The notes beneath the pieces are model-generated. The model did no database searches. It saw only the letters and a list, made by a program, of their open reading frames with translations, and had not been told where the DNA came from. A DNA stretch of 32,000 bases from NCBI RefSeq assembly GCF_018398935.1, contig NZ_CP074694.1, positions 2,220,001 through 2,252,000 of the forward strand, in the 5' to 3' direction. The stretch comes from Telmatocola sphagniphila (lineage in GTDB: Bacteria > Planctomycetota > Planctomycetia > Gemmatales > Gemmataceae). This document shows, piece after piece, positions 1 to 8,318 of the stretch; the first letter of the stretch is position 1, and each line of letters begins with the position of its first letter. A program made the position numbers and the translations under genes.

Positions 1-435
1 CCAGGCACCTGCCGCAGTGGCTCCCTTCTTCAAGAGTTCGGTCGCCCCTTTTTCCAGCCATTTGGAAACCTCATCCTGCTTGTGCCCCGAATTCAGGACC
101 AGATAGGTCAGCACAATTTTCGTGTCCGGCTTCGGCACGGTCACCCCACTGAAGGAAAGACCGACCTTGAAGGTACCGTCGTTAAGATCTCCCATGTGTT
201 TGACCTTGGCCGGATAGATTTTATCTCCCACTTTTAACGCGAAGGACACATGATCGGTATCGTTGTGGCGTGATCGGGTGCGCAGAATCTCAAAGTTCTC
301 CAGCGTGAAGTCGTAGGTTTTCGCTGCTGGCGGTTTTTCCTTGGGAGGATCGGCTTGAGCGTTCATACCTCCAAAGGCAATACTCACTACCATTGCGGCG
401 ATAAAATTTCTGAAATTCAGTATGCGATTAAACAT
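1..435 (-). CDS. hypothetical exported protein; its C-terminal end (3' of the gene) lies beyond the window edge
   Basis: ATG at 435-433. I checked by hand that the frame stays open to base 1 (145 codons, no stop). The N-terminus MFNRILNFRNFIAAMVVSIAFGGMNAQA resembles a Sec signal peptide. It is absent from the ORF track because there is no stop codon in the window. Confidence 0.6.
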   Translation of the reverse strand, partial: MFNRILNFRNFIAAMVVSIAFGGMNAQADPPKEKPPAAKTYDFTLENFEILRTRSRHNDTDHVSFALKVGDKIYPAKVKHMGDLNDGTFKVGLSFSGVTVPKPDTKIVLTYLVLNSGHKQDEVSKWLEKGATELLKKGATAAGAW

Positions 436-816
436 GGTCAATTTCCTATCGGCAGGAGGTGAAACGGAGCCTTTGCAGCCTGCCGAACTGATGGCGGCTC
501 CGCGTTTTCTTGGAGAAGACTTGGGCTTCCAAATCCCTGTGACTGGTGACCTCTTTGTTCTCCACGCACTCTTCTTTGCTCGAGAAATCCGGTTGTGACC
601 GAAGAAACGAAAAAATTGTTTGGAGCCGGTCGAGGAGAACGCAACAAAAATTGACTGAAAGTGGCCGAGACAGTTTTCTGAATCAAATTGAGCCAGGTGC
701 AGTCACAAATTCCCAGCAAGAAGAATAAGCAGGTGTGGCGAACAGCTTCCGATCAATGGGATTCGAAGGGCATTGTTTACCACGGAACAATCTTTCGGCT
801 TAAAAAGGGGACATCC

Positions 817-1716
817 ATGCTCTTTTCAACGCAATCGGCAAAGCGATTTCTTTTTCTCTCTACATTTTTAAATTTCCTAAGTGTCGCATCGCTCCCAGCC
901 GATGAGCCACGGAACCCTGTGGCTCCAAATGCCAAAACTTACGCTGAAAGCGTTCTCACTTCCCAACCCGTCGGCTACTGGCGACTCAACGAAACACACG
1001 GGTCAATCGCTGGCGACGCAACGAAAAATAAAATTGATGGTCGCTATTTCGATGGAGTCTCCCTGGGCAGATTGGGAGCATTCGCACAGGGAGGTGATAA
1101 AGCCGTAGGCTTCGACGGCAAAACAGGGTACATCGAAATCCCTTCGAACAAAGCCTTCAGTCAACCGACCAGCGGCAAAGGATTTTCCGTTAAGGTCTGG
1201 TTCAAGCCGACTCGACTCGAATTCCCCGGCGAAACCGACGATCCTTATGTTTACTGGATCGGCAAAGGCCAACCGAGCCAATACGAATGGGCCTTGCGCT
1301 TCTATAGTCGCAATTCAAGCCGGCCGAATCGGATCTCCGCTTATGTTTTCAACAAGGAGGGGAAAAAAGGAGCCGGCGCCGAGTTCGAAGATCCCGTTAA
1401 GTTGAATGAATGGATTCATGTGGTCGCCTGCTTTGATCCTGGCAGCAAAGCCAACCCGAAGGCCGGCGTATCAATTTACAAGAATGGCGAGCTTCGAGGC
1501 AGCCCGGCCAGCCAACGGGGGGCACGGTATGCTTCGTTTGACATCACTCCAAGAGCTGGGTCAGCGCCGATTCGACTGGGAACCCGCAATTTCACGAGTT
1601 TTTTCCTGGGCGAATTGGACGAGTTGGCCATTTACCCTAGAGTTTTGACAGACAAGGAAATTCTCGAACATTTCCGAGCGGCCGACGCACTGAAGCCGAA
1701 CCTTTCGAAGAAATGA
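817..1716 (+). CDS. secreted LamG / concanavalin-A-like lectin domain protein (Laminin_G_3-like)
   Basis: This is ORF 688..1716. I prefer the internal ATG at 817 because it starts a signal peptide (MLFSTQSAKRFLFLSTFLNFLSVASLPA). LamG_3-type motifs are present: GYIEIP, WIHVVACFD, VSIYKNGEL and FLGELDELAIYPRVLTDKEI. Confidence 0.8.
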   Translation: MLFSTQSAKRFLFLSTFLNFLSVASLPADEPRNPVAPNAKTYAESVLTSQPVGYWRLNETHGSIAGDATKNKIDGRYFDGVSLGRLGAFAQGGDKAVGFDGKTGYIEIPSNKAFSQPTSGKGFSVKVWFKPTRLEFPGETDDPYVYWIGKGQPSQYEWALRFYSRNSSRPNRISAYVFNKEGKKGAGAEFEDPVKLNEWIHVVACFDPGSKANPKAGVSIYKNGELRGSPASQRGARYASFDITPRAGSAPIRLGTRNFTSFFLGELDELAIYPRVLTDKEILEHFRAADALKPNLSKK

Positions 1717-1985
1717 AACGCAGCAAATACGTCGACAAACTGGTGGATTTCGCGAGTTGACTATCGATCTCAAGCTTGCACTCAAGCCCCAGGAAATGCA
1801 ATGGTCTATCACTGAATTCGAATAGACGGGAGAGAATGGATCCGGGTTCGCCGAAGAGCCCTTGAGAGAGATTCCAAGTCGCAAAATAACTATAAACGCG
1901 GTTAATTCCGCACTCTTTTGAATAATAAGATTCCAGATGCCGCCGGTGCAGGGTAAGCTTAACTTGTACGCAGGAAAGTACGATT

Positions 1986-2405
1986 ATGGCTGACATAGAT
2001 GCTATCCAACTCAAAGTGGAATCGGCGCTCCTGTTCCTCTTACTTCTGCAAGCAATATCGCTTCCTGTGGCCAGCTTATTCGGATATCTTGCCGGACGCA
2101 AAGGGGCTACTCAAACGGTCCGGATTTTGGCGATCTCGCTTTTATTGGGGGCGGCAGTCCCCTGCTATCTCGCCGTAACTCGTTGCACTAACGCACAGCA
2201 TGATATACAAGCACGATTCGAGGGCAAAGTTTCTAGTCCTTTTGTTTCCTCCGAAAGAGCGAACGCCTATGTTGCGGCGGTGACAAACTTTATGACATTT
2301 AGTATTGGGCTCGGAATGATAACGCTGATTATCACTCTCGCAGCGTTCGGAATCGCTCGGTGGCGGTCCCGGGCTTTAAGTTCTAATTTGTTGATTTTGG
2401 AATAA
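1986..2405 (+). CDS. hypothetical integral membrane protein (about 3 TM helices)
   Basis: 139-aa ORF with hydrophobic stretches ALLFLLLLQAISLPVASLFGYLA, ILAISLLLGAAVPCYLAV and FMTFSIGLGMITLIITLAAFGIA. I recognise no family. Confidence 0.5.
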   Translation: MADIDAIQLKVESALLFLLLLQAISLPVASLFGYLAGRKGATQTVRILAISLLLGAAVPCYLAVTRCTNAQHDIQARFEGKVSSPFVSSERANAYVAAVTNFMTFSIGLGMITLIITLAAFGIARWRSRALSSNLLILE

Positions 2406-2419
2406 AGTTCGAAGGAAAA

Positions 2420-2704
2420 TTGAGAGGCTTCCCAGTGAGTGTCATTCTTAAGCTGCGACAGTTGGCTCAGCGCTGTGACTTACTGCTAGGACGATCTGTT
2501 TATAGAGGTACCCTCAGATCAACAGAATTAGAAACTCTTCATTCAGACCTCAGTAAGGCACTTGAAGAGATCTGCACTCCGCAGGGATTTGAAATTAAGA
2601 CAGATAAAAATAGATACGATCAGAAGCAAATCAATCGAGGATCCAAGTTTATTTCCATTCCGAGCGGCATTAACTCTCCTAGTGATAGCGGGCTTAAACG
2701 TTAG
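2420..2704 (+). CDS. hypothetical protein (weak call)
   Basis: 94-aa ORF with a TTG start and no recognisable motif. It ends 2 bp before the left inverted-repeat arm. Confidence 0.25.
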   Translation: MRGFPVSVILKLRQLAQRCDLLLGRSVYRGTLRSTELETLHSDLSKALEEICTPQGFEIKTDKNRYDQKQINRGSKFISIPSGINSPSDSGLKR

Positions 2705-2735
2705 AGAAAAGCGGCCTCCGATTCGAGAGGCCGGC
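2703..2735 (-). terminator. intrinsic terminator of Tyr-rich gene copy A
   Basis: Hairpin GGCCTCCGA/TCG(AG)AGGCC at 2713-2732. On the minus strand it is followed by CUUUUCUCU. It sits immediately after the stop codon at 2740. Confidence 0.65.
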
Positions 2736-2739
2736 GGAT

Positions 2740-3213
2740 TTAGTTTTTCTCGGGGATCTTTTCGGTGGTTGGCAGATCGTCGGGCGGCAGATCCAGAGTA
2801 GTATCGTCGGTGGCTTCCGGGAGTTGGGGCAGCTTGCCCATGGGAGGGAACGCCTTCTCGGGAATCTCTTCGAGGCTGCCCTTGCGATCCGCTTCGGCCA
2901 GCAGGGAGTATTCGCCTTTACCTTCGGTCTTCACCGGGCAGCGGCCCCAGTAGGTTTTGTTGTAAGAGTTGTAGTAATAGTAGTATTTGGGTTTGGAGGG
3001 ATGGTAGATCACGTAGTGGTGCTTGTAGCCGGAGTAGGTCGGGCTGGGCTTGTAGTAATAGGTTCGGTAGTAGTAGGACTTGCTGGAATGCTGTTTCCAG
3101 TTGCCGTAGTACTGCCGGGAGGCGTGAGCATCGCCGGCCGTGGCCGCCGAGAAGACACCGAACATTGAGCTGATCACCAAGACCAAAGAGAGAATTCTGG
3201 CACGGGTACCCAT
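2740..3213 (-). CDS. secreted tyrosine-rich low-complexity protein, copy A
   Basis: This is ORF 2740..3291. I prefer the ATG at 3213, which lies 8 nt after AGGAG and begins the signal peptide MGTRARILSLVLVISSMFGVFSAATAGDAHA. The mature region has 19 Tyr in 58 residues (YYY and YYYYY runs) and an acidic/Pro tail. The protein is identical to copy B. Confidence 0.75.
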   Translation of the reverse strand: MGTRARILSLVLVISSMFGVFSAATAGDAHASRQYYGNWKQHSSKSYYYRTYYYKPSPTYSGYKHHYVIYHPSKPKYYYYYNSYNKTYWGRCPVKTEGKGEYSLLAEADRKGSLEEIPEKAFPPMGKLPQLPEATDDTTLDLPPDDLPTTEKIPEKN

Positions 3214-3635
3214 TTTCGAACTCCTGACAAAAGAAGATTTTTTCGAGTCTGCTGAGATCTCGAAAGGGCCATTTTCGTATGGCTCTGCCACCTTAACGGG
3301 TCTCTGTTCAGAATCTTCTCAAAAACCACTAGATTAAGTTTTGTTTATTAAAATGTGAGAGGCCTCCAGCTCTGGCTGGCAAAGGCGTACAGAGAATCCC
3401 TTAGGTCTCGATCCCTGGGAGGACAAATAGGAGATCTCACGAAATCGCCGAGCCCTTCGATGGCAGAACTCTCTTCCCCAGAACGCGGGCTCCTCCGAGT
3501 GCTACGGCTCCCTCCCAAAGGGCATCGATTCCAAAAAGTTTTTTTTCTGGGGAAGATTTTCGCGGCGTTCCCGTTTCAGAGGACGAGAGGGTGATAAAAA
3601 CCCAAAAACAAAAATCCAATTCAGGAGTGAGTATC

Positions 3636-3932
3636 ATGTTTCGAGTCCTCAAATTGAGCTGTGCGGCGGCCGTCTGCGTTCTGGGCCTGAGTGTGGGCAA
3701 CTCGGCCAAAGCCGACGAATGTGGTTGCGGTTATGTGATGAAGAAGATCACAATCTGCGAACCGGTGGTCTGCTATGAAACCCGCCAGGTTCCCTACCAG
3801 GCCTGCATCACCCAGTACGATCACTGCGGCAAGGCTTACGAAACCCACGTTACCCGATACCGGGAAGTCCAGATAAAGGTCACCAAGGAACGACATGTGA
3901 CCAAGTACGTCAAAGTGCCGACCCACTATTAA
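3636..3932 (+). CDS. small secreted Cys-rich protein, copy A (paralog of 10714..11010)
   Basis: ATG at 3636 lies 7 nt after AGGAG. The signal peptide is MFRVLKLSCAAAVCVLGLSVGNSAKA. The mature part has 7 Cys (CGCG, ICEPVVC, ..). Comparison with the paralog shows 22 synonymous codon differences against 9 conservative replacements, which supports real coding sequence. Confidence 0.8.
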   Translation: MFRVLKLSCAAAVCVLGLSVGNSAKADECGCGYVMKKITICEPVVCYETRQVPYQACITQYDHCGKAYETHVTRYREVQIKVTKERHVTKYVKVPTHY

Positions 3933-3953
3933 TCCTCACGCTCTAAAAAACCC

Positions 3954-4003
3954 AAACGCGAAAGGCCGATGCAACGATGGCATCGGCCTTTCGCGTTTTT
4001 CTG
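3954..4003 (+). terminator. strong intrinsic terminator of Cys-rich gene copy A
   Basis: Perfect 17-bp stem ACGCGAAAGGCCGATGC/GCATCGGCCTTTCGCGT (3956-3972 / 3980-3996), a 7-nt loop, then TTTTT. Confidence 0.85.
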
Positions 4004-4446
4004 TTCCCCAAAGTTTTCCCAAGTCTATCCCCAGAATGATTCATCTCAATGCGGTTCAAGATCGCGTAAATAATCCGTGGATCCAACCAACGCGGAGGCA
4101 TCTATCAAACCGCCGCACTCCTTCTTGAAGACGATTGCCGATCGTGCAGAAGTGTATGCCCGATCCAACTAGTAATCGGATATTAATCCGTTTCTTCGCT
4201 TCCGTAAGCATCCGCAAACGCAAGGCAATTTCGTAGGATTTAGAGAGCGATTTGCCTGGTAAAAGCATCGGCTTTCTAGGAGGTGACCGAGAATCTCCGG
4301 GCGGTCAAATTCAAGGGCTCGCAACTTTTCAATTGTAGATCAGGCAGTTCAATGAATTGCTGGGGCCGTTCGAAATTAGCAGATCAAATAAAGATTTTGA
4401 CAACTGGGCGATCACTTCAAATCAACGTTCCGTATTGTTCACACAC

Positions 4447-5442
4447 TTACGCAGGCTTCATCTTCTGAGCCTCTTTATCCAGCACTGTGGAAACTCGATC
4501 AATGAGTTCATTGAGATTATTTTTCACGGTACTAAATTCTTCGGGCTTGCTTTCAAGACGCACTACCAGATCGTCTAACTTTCGTTCCCAATCGAAGCAG
4601 CGTTTCAAGAGATCGGCCTTCTTGGTCGCACTCATGCTCGCGGGAGGGTTCAATTGAAGCTTCGAGCATCCCATACGCAATTCATTAATGAGAGTCGCCA
4701 GAGCCAGCCGGTCCTCTGCGGGACGCACTAGGGCTTCCCTGAAAGCCGCCGCGGTCCATTGATAAACTCCCGCATCATCCAAGCCGCTAGGAGGTTCTTT
4801 GAGCAATCCCCAGGGAGCTATGGCCACTTCATTTTTCACTTGAGGGACAATCCCCAGACTCTCTCGAAGTTGAGGAATATTCACGAGTGCGATCAGCACT
4901 GCCGCAGCCGTTACAAAAGAAGATAAGGCAGCAAAGCCCCAACGCGAATGAGATTTGGCTCGGCGCGCGATTGGTATCTCGGCTTCCGAAACGAGGATAG
5001 CCTCCGATAGGGGCGACACTACCATTTGCTCGGCCGCTGAGGTCCCACTCTCCATAGGCAGGAAGGACTGGAACTTTTTCCAACTATTATGGGTGCTCGG
5101 ACCGAGATCCATTTCCTTCTGCCAAAGCCGATCCCAATAGGGACCTCCTTCGAGGAACAGGAAATCGACCAGTTCGCGAAGTAAATAGGGATGTCGAAGC
5201 AGCCTTTTCAAATCTTTCTCGTTGAGCACTCCTAGCCCCCGTTTGGCCACCTTGGGCAACGCCTCGGCATAGCTATCCGTCAGCGAATATTTCCTCTCGA
5301 TCGGTTTGTCGGCGTGAGACTTTTCTCGAAGAGCAGTTAATTCTTCGGCCAGTTGGTAGGTTTCCCCCCGCGCAAAAATCTCCTCTAACCAGGGAGCCAG
5401 TTGCGATTCTTCTTCAGGTATAGTCAGACTGATCAATTTCAT
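4447..5442 (-). CDS. single-pass membrane protein translationally coupled to the ECF sigma (putative anti-sigma factor)
   Basis: Its ATG overlaps the sigma stop codon (ATGA at 5439-5442). It has one TM helix, WGFAALSSFVTAAAVLIALVNI, at about residues 168-189. I see no HxxxCxxC zinc anti-sigma motif. Confidence 0.6.
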   Translation of the reverse strand: MKLISLTIPEEESQLAPWLEEIFARGETYQLAEELTALREKSHADKPIERKYSLTDSYAEALPKVAKRGLGVLNEKDLKRLLRHPYLLRELVDFLFLEGGPYWDRLWQKEMDLGPSTHNSWKKFQSFLPMESGTSAAEQMVVSPLSEAILVSEAEIPIARRAKSHSRWGFAALSSFVTAAAVLIALVNIPQLRESLGIVPQVKNEVAIAPWGLLKEPPSGLDDAGVYQWTAAAFREALVRPAEDRLALATLINELRMGCSKLQLNPPASMSATKKADLLKRCFDWERKLDDLVVRLESKPEEFSTVKNNLNELIDRVSTVLDKEAQKMKPA

Positions 5443-6029
5443 GACCGTCCTCCCGTGGGGCGTTCCCCATGTGTGATTCCGCTTTTAGTCTCCATGCAGA
5501 CTTTCAAGCGAGCCTTGATATGGTGCACCATTTTGTAGATAGTCTCCGCCGGTTTGCCGGCTTGCTCGGCGATAACGACCGGCTTTACTCCCTCGCTCCA
5601 CTTGGAGATCACAACTCGCTCGGCCTCCGATAAACCATCCAGGCAATTTTTGAGATTTTCTCCATGTTCCGATACTTCCAGCACAGCGGATTCCGGCGAT
5701 TCCATTTGCTGAATATTTTCGTCCGCTCGAATATGTTTATTTCGCGTCGCATCCTTGCGGATGAGATCGATCGCTTCCCGATAGGCCACTTTTTTCAACC
5801 AAGCCACGTTAATCTTTTCGACGGTTCCCGCCGAGCTCTGCATAAACGCCTTTTGCCAGACTAGTTGCATGATGTCTTCAATCGTTTCTTTTTGCAGTCT
5901 CAGGGATCGAAGATACCAGAAGAGACGGCCATGGTTTTCATCGTGAAACGCCTTGAACGTCTCCTGAGTGCAGGGGCTCAGAAGCGTTCGGCTCGGCGCA
6001 TCGGGGTCGGCGTGGGGGATTGCAGTCAT
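5439..6029 (-). CDS. ECF-type sigma-70 family RNA polymerase sigma factor
   Basis: This is ORF 5439..6089, which opens on TTG; I prefer the ATG at 6029. A region-2-like segment (IMQLVWQKAFMQ ... AWLKKVAYREAIDLIRK) and a region-4 HTH-like segment (LSEAERVVISKWSEGVKPVVIAEQAGKPAETIYKMVHHIKARL) are present. Confidence 0.8.
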   Translation of the reverse strand: MTAIPHADPDAPSRTLLSPCTQETFKAFHDENHGRLFWYLRSLRLQKETIEDIMQLVWQKAFMQSSAGTVEKINVAWLKKVAYREAIDLIRKDATRNKHIRADENIQQMESPESAVLEVSEHGENLKNCLDGLSEAERVVISKWSEGVKPVVIAEQAGKPAETIYKMVHHIKARLKVCMETKSGITHGERPTGGRS

Positions 6030-6146
6030 TCCGTTAAAGATTGACTTATCCCCTTCGCTTGGCAAGGGGTCGCAGTATTTAGACTGCAAAAAAACCAGCC
6101 CAAGGACTTCAACGGATCTGGGATCGATTTCTTCCTAAAAAAGTCG

Positions 6147-6169
6147 AGAATATTTTTATTAAATATTCT
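6147..6169. promoter_or_regulatory. perfect 9-bp inverted repeat AGAATATTT-N5-AAATATTCT in the divergent control region
   Basis: Read directly from the sequence. It lies in the 479-bp AT-rich gap between the sigma start (6029) and the cytochrome-like gene start (6509). It is an operator candidate only. Confidence 0.3.
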
Positions 6170-6316
6170 TTATGTATATTTGCATCGGAATTGAGAAATT
6201 ACTACCTTGGTGAGAACTCGGATTTAGCAGGTAATCTTTGTGTGAAGCTTGTTACATTCCTTCTACTCCTCAGAACGAATCCGCCTAATCCGTTGTTGGG
6301 AAATTCCGGGAGATTA

Positions 6317-6330
6317 CGGAAAATTTTCCG
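6317..6330. promoter_or_regulatory. 14-bp perfect palindrome CGGAAAATTTTCCG
   Basis: Read directly from the sequence. It is flanked by the imperfect repeats GAAATTCCGGGAG / CTCCCGAATTTTC and lies in the same divergent control region. Confidence 0.3.
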
Positions 6331-6508
6331 CTCCCGAATTTTCTTGACGCACATCGCCACATAACCGAAAACGGATAGGGAGATCCGGCCCTTGGTAAGT
6401 CAGATCCTTTTTTCGAACCATTTATCATTACCTGAGGAAGAAATCGGCGCTATTTCCGTTTAAGGGAATAGAAAGCAGAAATCTTGCAATCACATACGGG
6501 GACTAGCG

Positions 6509-8287
6509 ATGAAGGTGTTTCTGATTTTTTCAGGTTTGTTGACCTCGGTCACCCTCGTATCGCCGATTCACGCCGACGAAAAAACCGATCTGGCGGCCCA
6601 GGCCTACGAGGTCATTGCCAAGCACTGCCTCCGCTGCCACAAGGGGCCGGGTTCGGAAGGAGGAATTGCGAATTTCGGCTCGATTGCCGATTTGCAGGCA
6701 CCCCGGGGGAAGAAAGCGGCCCTTATCGTGGCTGGTAAGCCTGAAGAGTCCCGCCTTTACCAGCGTCTGGCGATCGATGGGGATATGCCGCCGGAAGAGG
6801 CGCTGCGAGCCACCGGTAAGCCCACCGAAGAAGAAAAAGCGATTCTGAAAAAATGGATTGAAGCTTCCGCTCCCCCCTTTACAAATTCCGCAAAGCAGCG
6901 AAATTTCATCACTCTGGCTGATGAGCTGACAGCGATTCGCGAAGCACTGCAAAAAGCCGATCGTGAAGACCGGCCTTACCTCCGCTTTTTTACTCTGACC
7001 CATCTTTACAACGACAAGACGATTCCCGATGCCAAATTGAAACTCATTCGAGCTGCCCTCTCGAAAGCCCTCAATAGTCTGAGTCTGAAGCCGACCATTG
7101 TTCTCCCCGTCGCAGTAAATAGTGCGGAAACGGTTTACGCGGTCGATATCCGACGACTCGATTGGGATACACGCCATCTCTGGAACCGGATCCTCGAATA
7201 TTACCCCTACGGCCTACTCTACACCAAGTATCCCGATCCTACGATTCGTCGGCTCGCCGAAGATGTGGAAGACCTATCAAAGGCGCAGATACCGGTTTTA
7301 CGAGCCGACTGGTTTGTCGCCACGGCCCTCCGTCCCCCGTTGTATCACCTCCTTCTGGATATACCGGAGAACGCCCTGAGACTGGAACAGCGTGTGGGCG
7401 TCAATGTTGCCGCCAACTTCGAGAGCGACAAATTGACTCGAGCCGGTTTTTCCCGCTCCGGGGTTTCTGCCCAGAACCGCCTGGTCGAACGGCACGACTC
7501 TAACCAAGGGGTTTACTGGAAGAGTTACGACTTCAAGCCGGAAACAGGGCGAGGTCGGTTGATTCGGTTTCCGCTGGGGCCATTGAATCTGTATCCGAAA
7601 GGGCGTCATCCGTTTGAAAATCAGGCTTTTTCCCACGATGGCGGGGAAATTATCTTCAGCCTTCCCAATAAACTCCATGCCTACATGCTCGTCGACGGTA
7701 AGAACAAGCGGATCGACGAAGGACCGATTTCCGTAGTCGGCGATTCCAAAAAAACGGCCGGAACCTCGGCCATCGTCAATGGAATTTCCTGCATGGCATG
7801 CCATACCAAGGGAATGATCGAACTGAAGGATTACGTTCGGGACAATGCCGCGGTTTTTGGCAGAGCCGATGAGAAAGTCCGGAAGCTCTATCTCGAGCCG
7901 AAAAAGATGGATGAGTTGATCAAGCAGGATCAGGAACAGTACCTTTCCTCGCTGGAAAAAGCGGTGGGCCCGTTCCTGAAGATTGGCCCCGATGCCAACA
8001 AGTCCATTTCGGACCTCTCCGAACCCTGCAGCTATGTGATCATGACCTATCGTTCGTCTTCCGATGCTTATCTCACTCTGGATCGCATCGCGAGCGAACT
8101 TTACCTGAAAAATGGTGAGGAACTGAAGGCAAAAGTCGGAGCCAGGAAGTTCAAGGAATTGGGGCTAGCGTCGATGCTGACACAACCCGACGCAGTGATC
8201 ACCCGGCTCGAATGGGAGGCCGTGGACGGCTACTCTCTGATGCAGGAAATGGGCAAAGAACTGGGTGGTTTACCCATCGGGAAATAA
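6509..8287 (+). CDS. exported protein with an N-terminal planctomycete cytochrome-c-like (PSCyt1-type) domain and a second CxxCH motif
   Basis: Signal peptide MKVFLIFSGLLTSVTLVSPIHA. CLRCH is at 6626-6640 in the context HCLRCHKGPGSEGG...GKPEESRLYQRL...MPP, which is typical of PSCyt1. A second motif, CMACH, is at 7790-7804. Confidence 0.75.
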   Translation: MKVFLIFSGLLTSVTLVSPIHADEKTDLAAQAYEVIAKHCLRCHKGPGSEGGIANFGSIADLQAPRGKKAALIVAGKPEESRLYQRLAIDGDMPPEEALRATGKPTEEEKAILKKWIEASAPPFTNSAKQRNFITLADELTAIREALQKADREDRPYLRFFTLTHLYNDKTIPDAKLKLIRAALSKALNSLSLKPTIVLPVAVNSAETVYAVDIRRLDWDTRHLWNRILEYYPYGLLYTKYPDPTIRRLAEDVEDLSKAQIPVLRADWFVATALRPPLYHLLLDIPENALRLEQRVGVNVAANFESDKLTRAGFSRSGVSAQNRLVERHDSNQGVYWKSYDFKPETGRGRLIRFPLGPLNLYPKGRHPFENQAFSHDGGEIIFSLPNKLHAYMLVDGKNKRIDEGPISVVGDSKKTAGTSAIVNGISCMACHTKGMIELKDYVRDNAAVFGRADEKVRKLYLEPKKMDELIKQDQEQYLSSLEKAVGPFLKIGPDANKSISDLSEPCSYVIMTYRSSSDAYLTLDRIASELYLKNGEELKAKVGARKFKELGLASMLTQPDAVITRLEWEAVDGYSLMQEMGKELGGLPIGK

Positions 8288-8318
8288 TCGAAAATTACCA
8301 TCAACTGGAGATTTAACG

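Larger units (their letters stand above)
2706..4000. repeat. left arm of the large inverted duplication (partner 10645-11955)
   Basis: By manual alignment it is the reverse complement of 10645-11955. Positions 2706-3454 are identical apart from one 15-bp indel. There are 4 mismatches in 3455-3685. Over 3686-3932 divergence is about 15%. A short non-homologous patch follows, then a homologous terminator. Confidence 0.95.

Noticed and set aside
451-502. Two mutually exclusive hairpins (GGCAGG/CCTGCC and CGGAGCC/GGCTCCG followed by a T-rich run) and an AGGAGGTGA motif, upstream of the first gene
   Set aside because: They look like a terminator or riboregulator, but no plus-strand gene lies upstream, no start codon follows the SD-like motif, and the stems are short. 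The evidence is insufficient for a call.
688-816. The upstream extension of the LamG ORF given in the track
   Set aside because: The extension is hydrophilic and has no RBS. The internal ATG at 817 begins a typical signal peptide, so I prefer the shorter model.
1637-2101. 154-aa minus-strand ORF overlapping the start of the membrane-protein gene
   Set aside because: It spans an intergenic region and the 5' end of a better plus-strand ORF. Its composition is not protein-like (many Ser/Arg/Leu) and it has no motif.
2824-3168. 114-aa V/G-rich ORF (and its twin at 11478-11822) antisense to the Tyr-rich genes
   Set aside because: Its composition (VVVIVV, GFGG) is simply the reverse complement of TAC/TAT-rich codons. 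It has no RBS and no signal. The sense ORF has an RBS, a signal peptide and a terminator.
3355-3594. 79-aa ORF in the cassette intergenic region (twin at 11052-11291)
   Set aside because: It has a GTG start without an RBS and an Arg/Leu/Ser-rich composition. Three of the four nucleotide differences between the copies fall in two amino-acid-changing codons (P/H and F/V). It is more likely a leader or promoter region than a gene.
2706-4000. Whether the inverted repeat arms are insertion sequences forming a composite transposon
   Set aside because: Neither arm encodes a transposase or recombinase. Both are filled by two small secreted-protein genes, and their boundaries coincide with terminators rather than with terminal inverted repeats or target duplications.
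4056-4268. 70-aa ORF in the 440-bp gap after the left repeat arm
   Set aside because: It has no RBS, no recognisable motif and an upstream in-frame stop close to the ATG. It may be non-coding 3' region between convergent genes.
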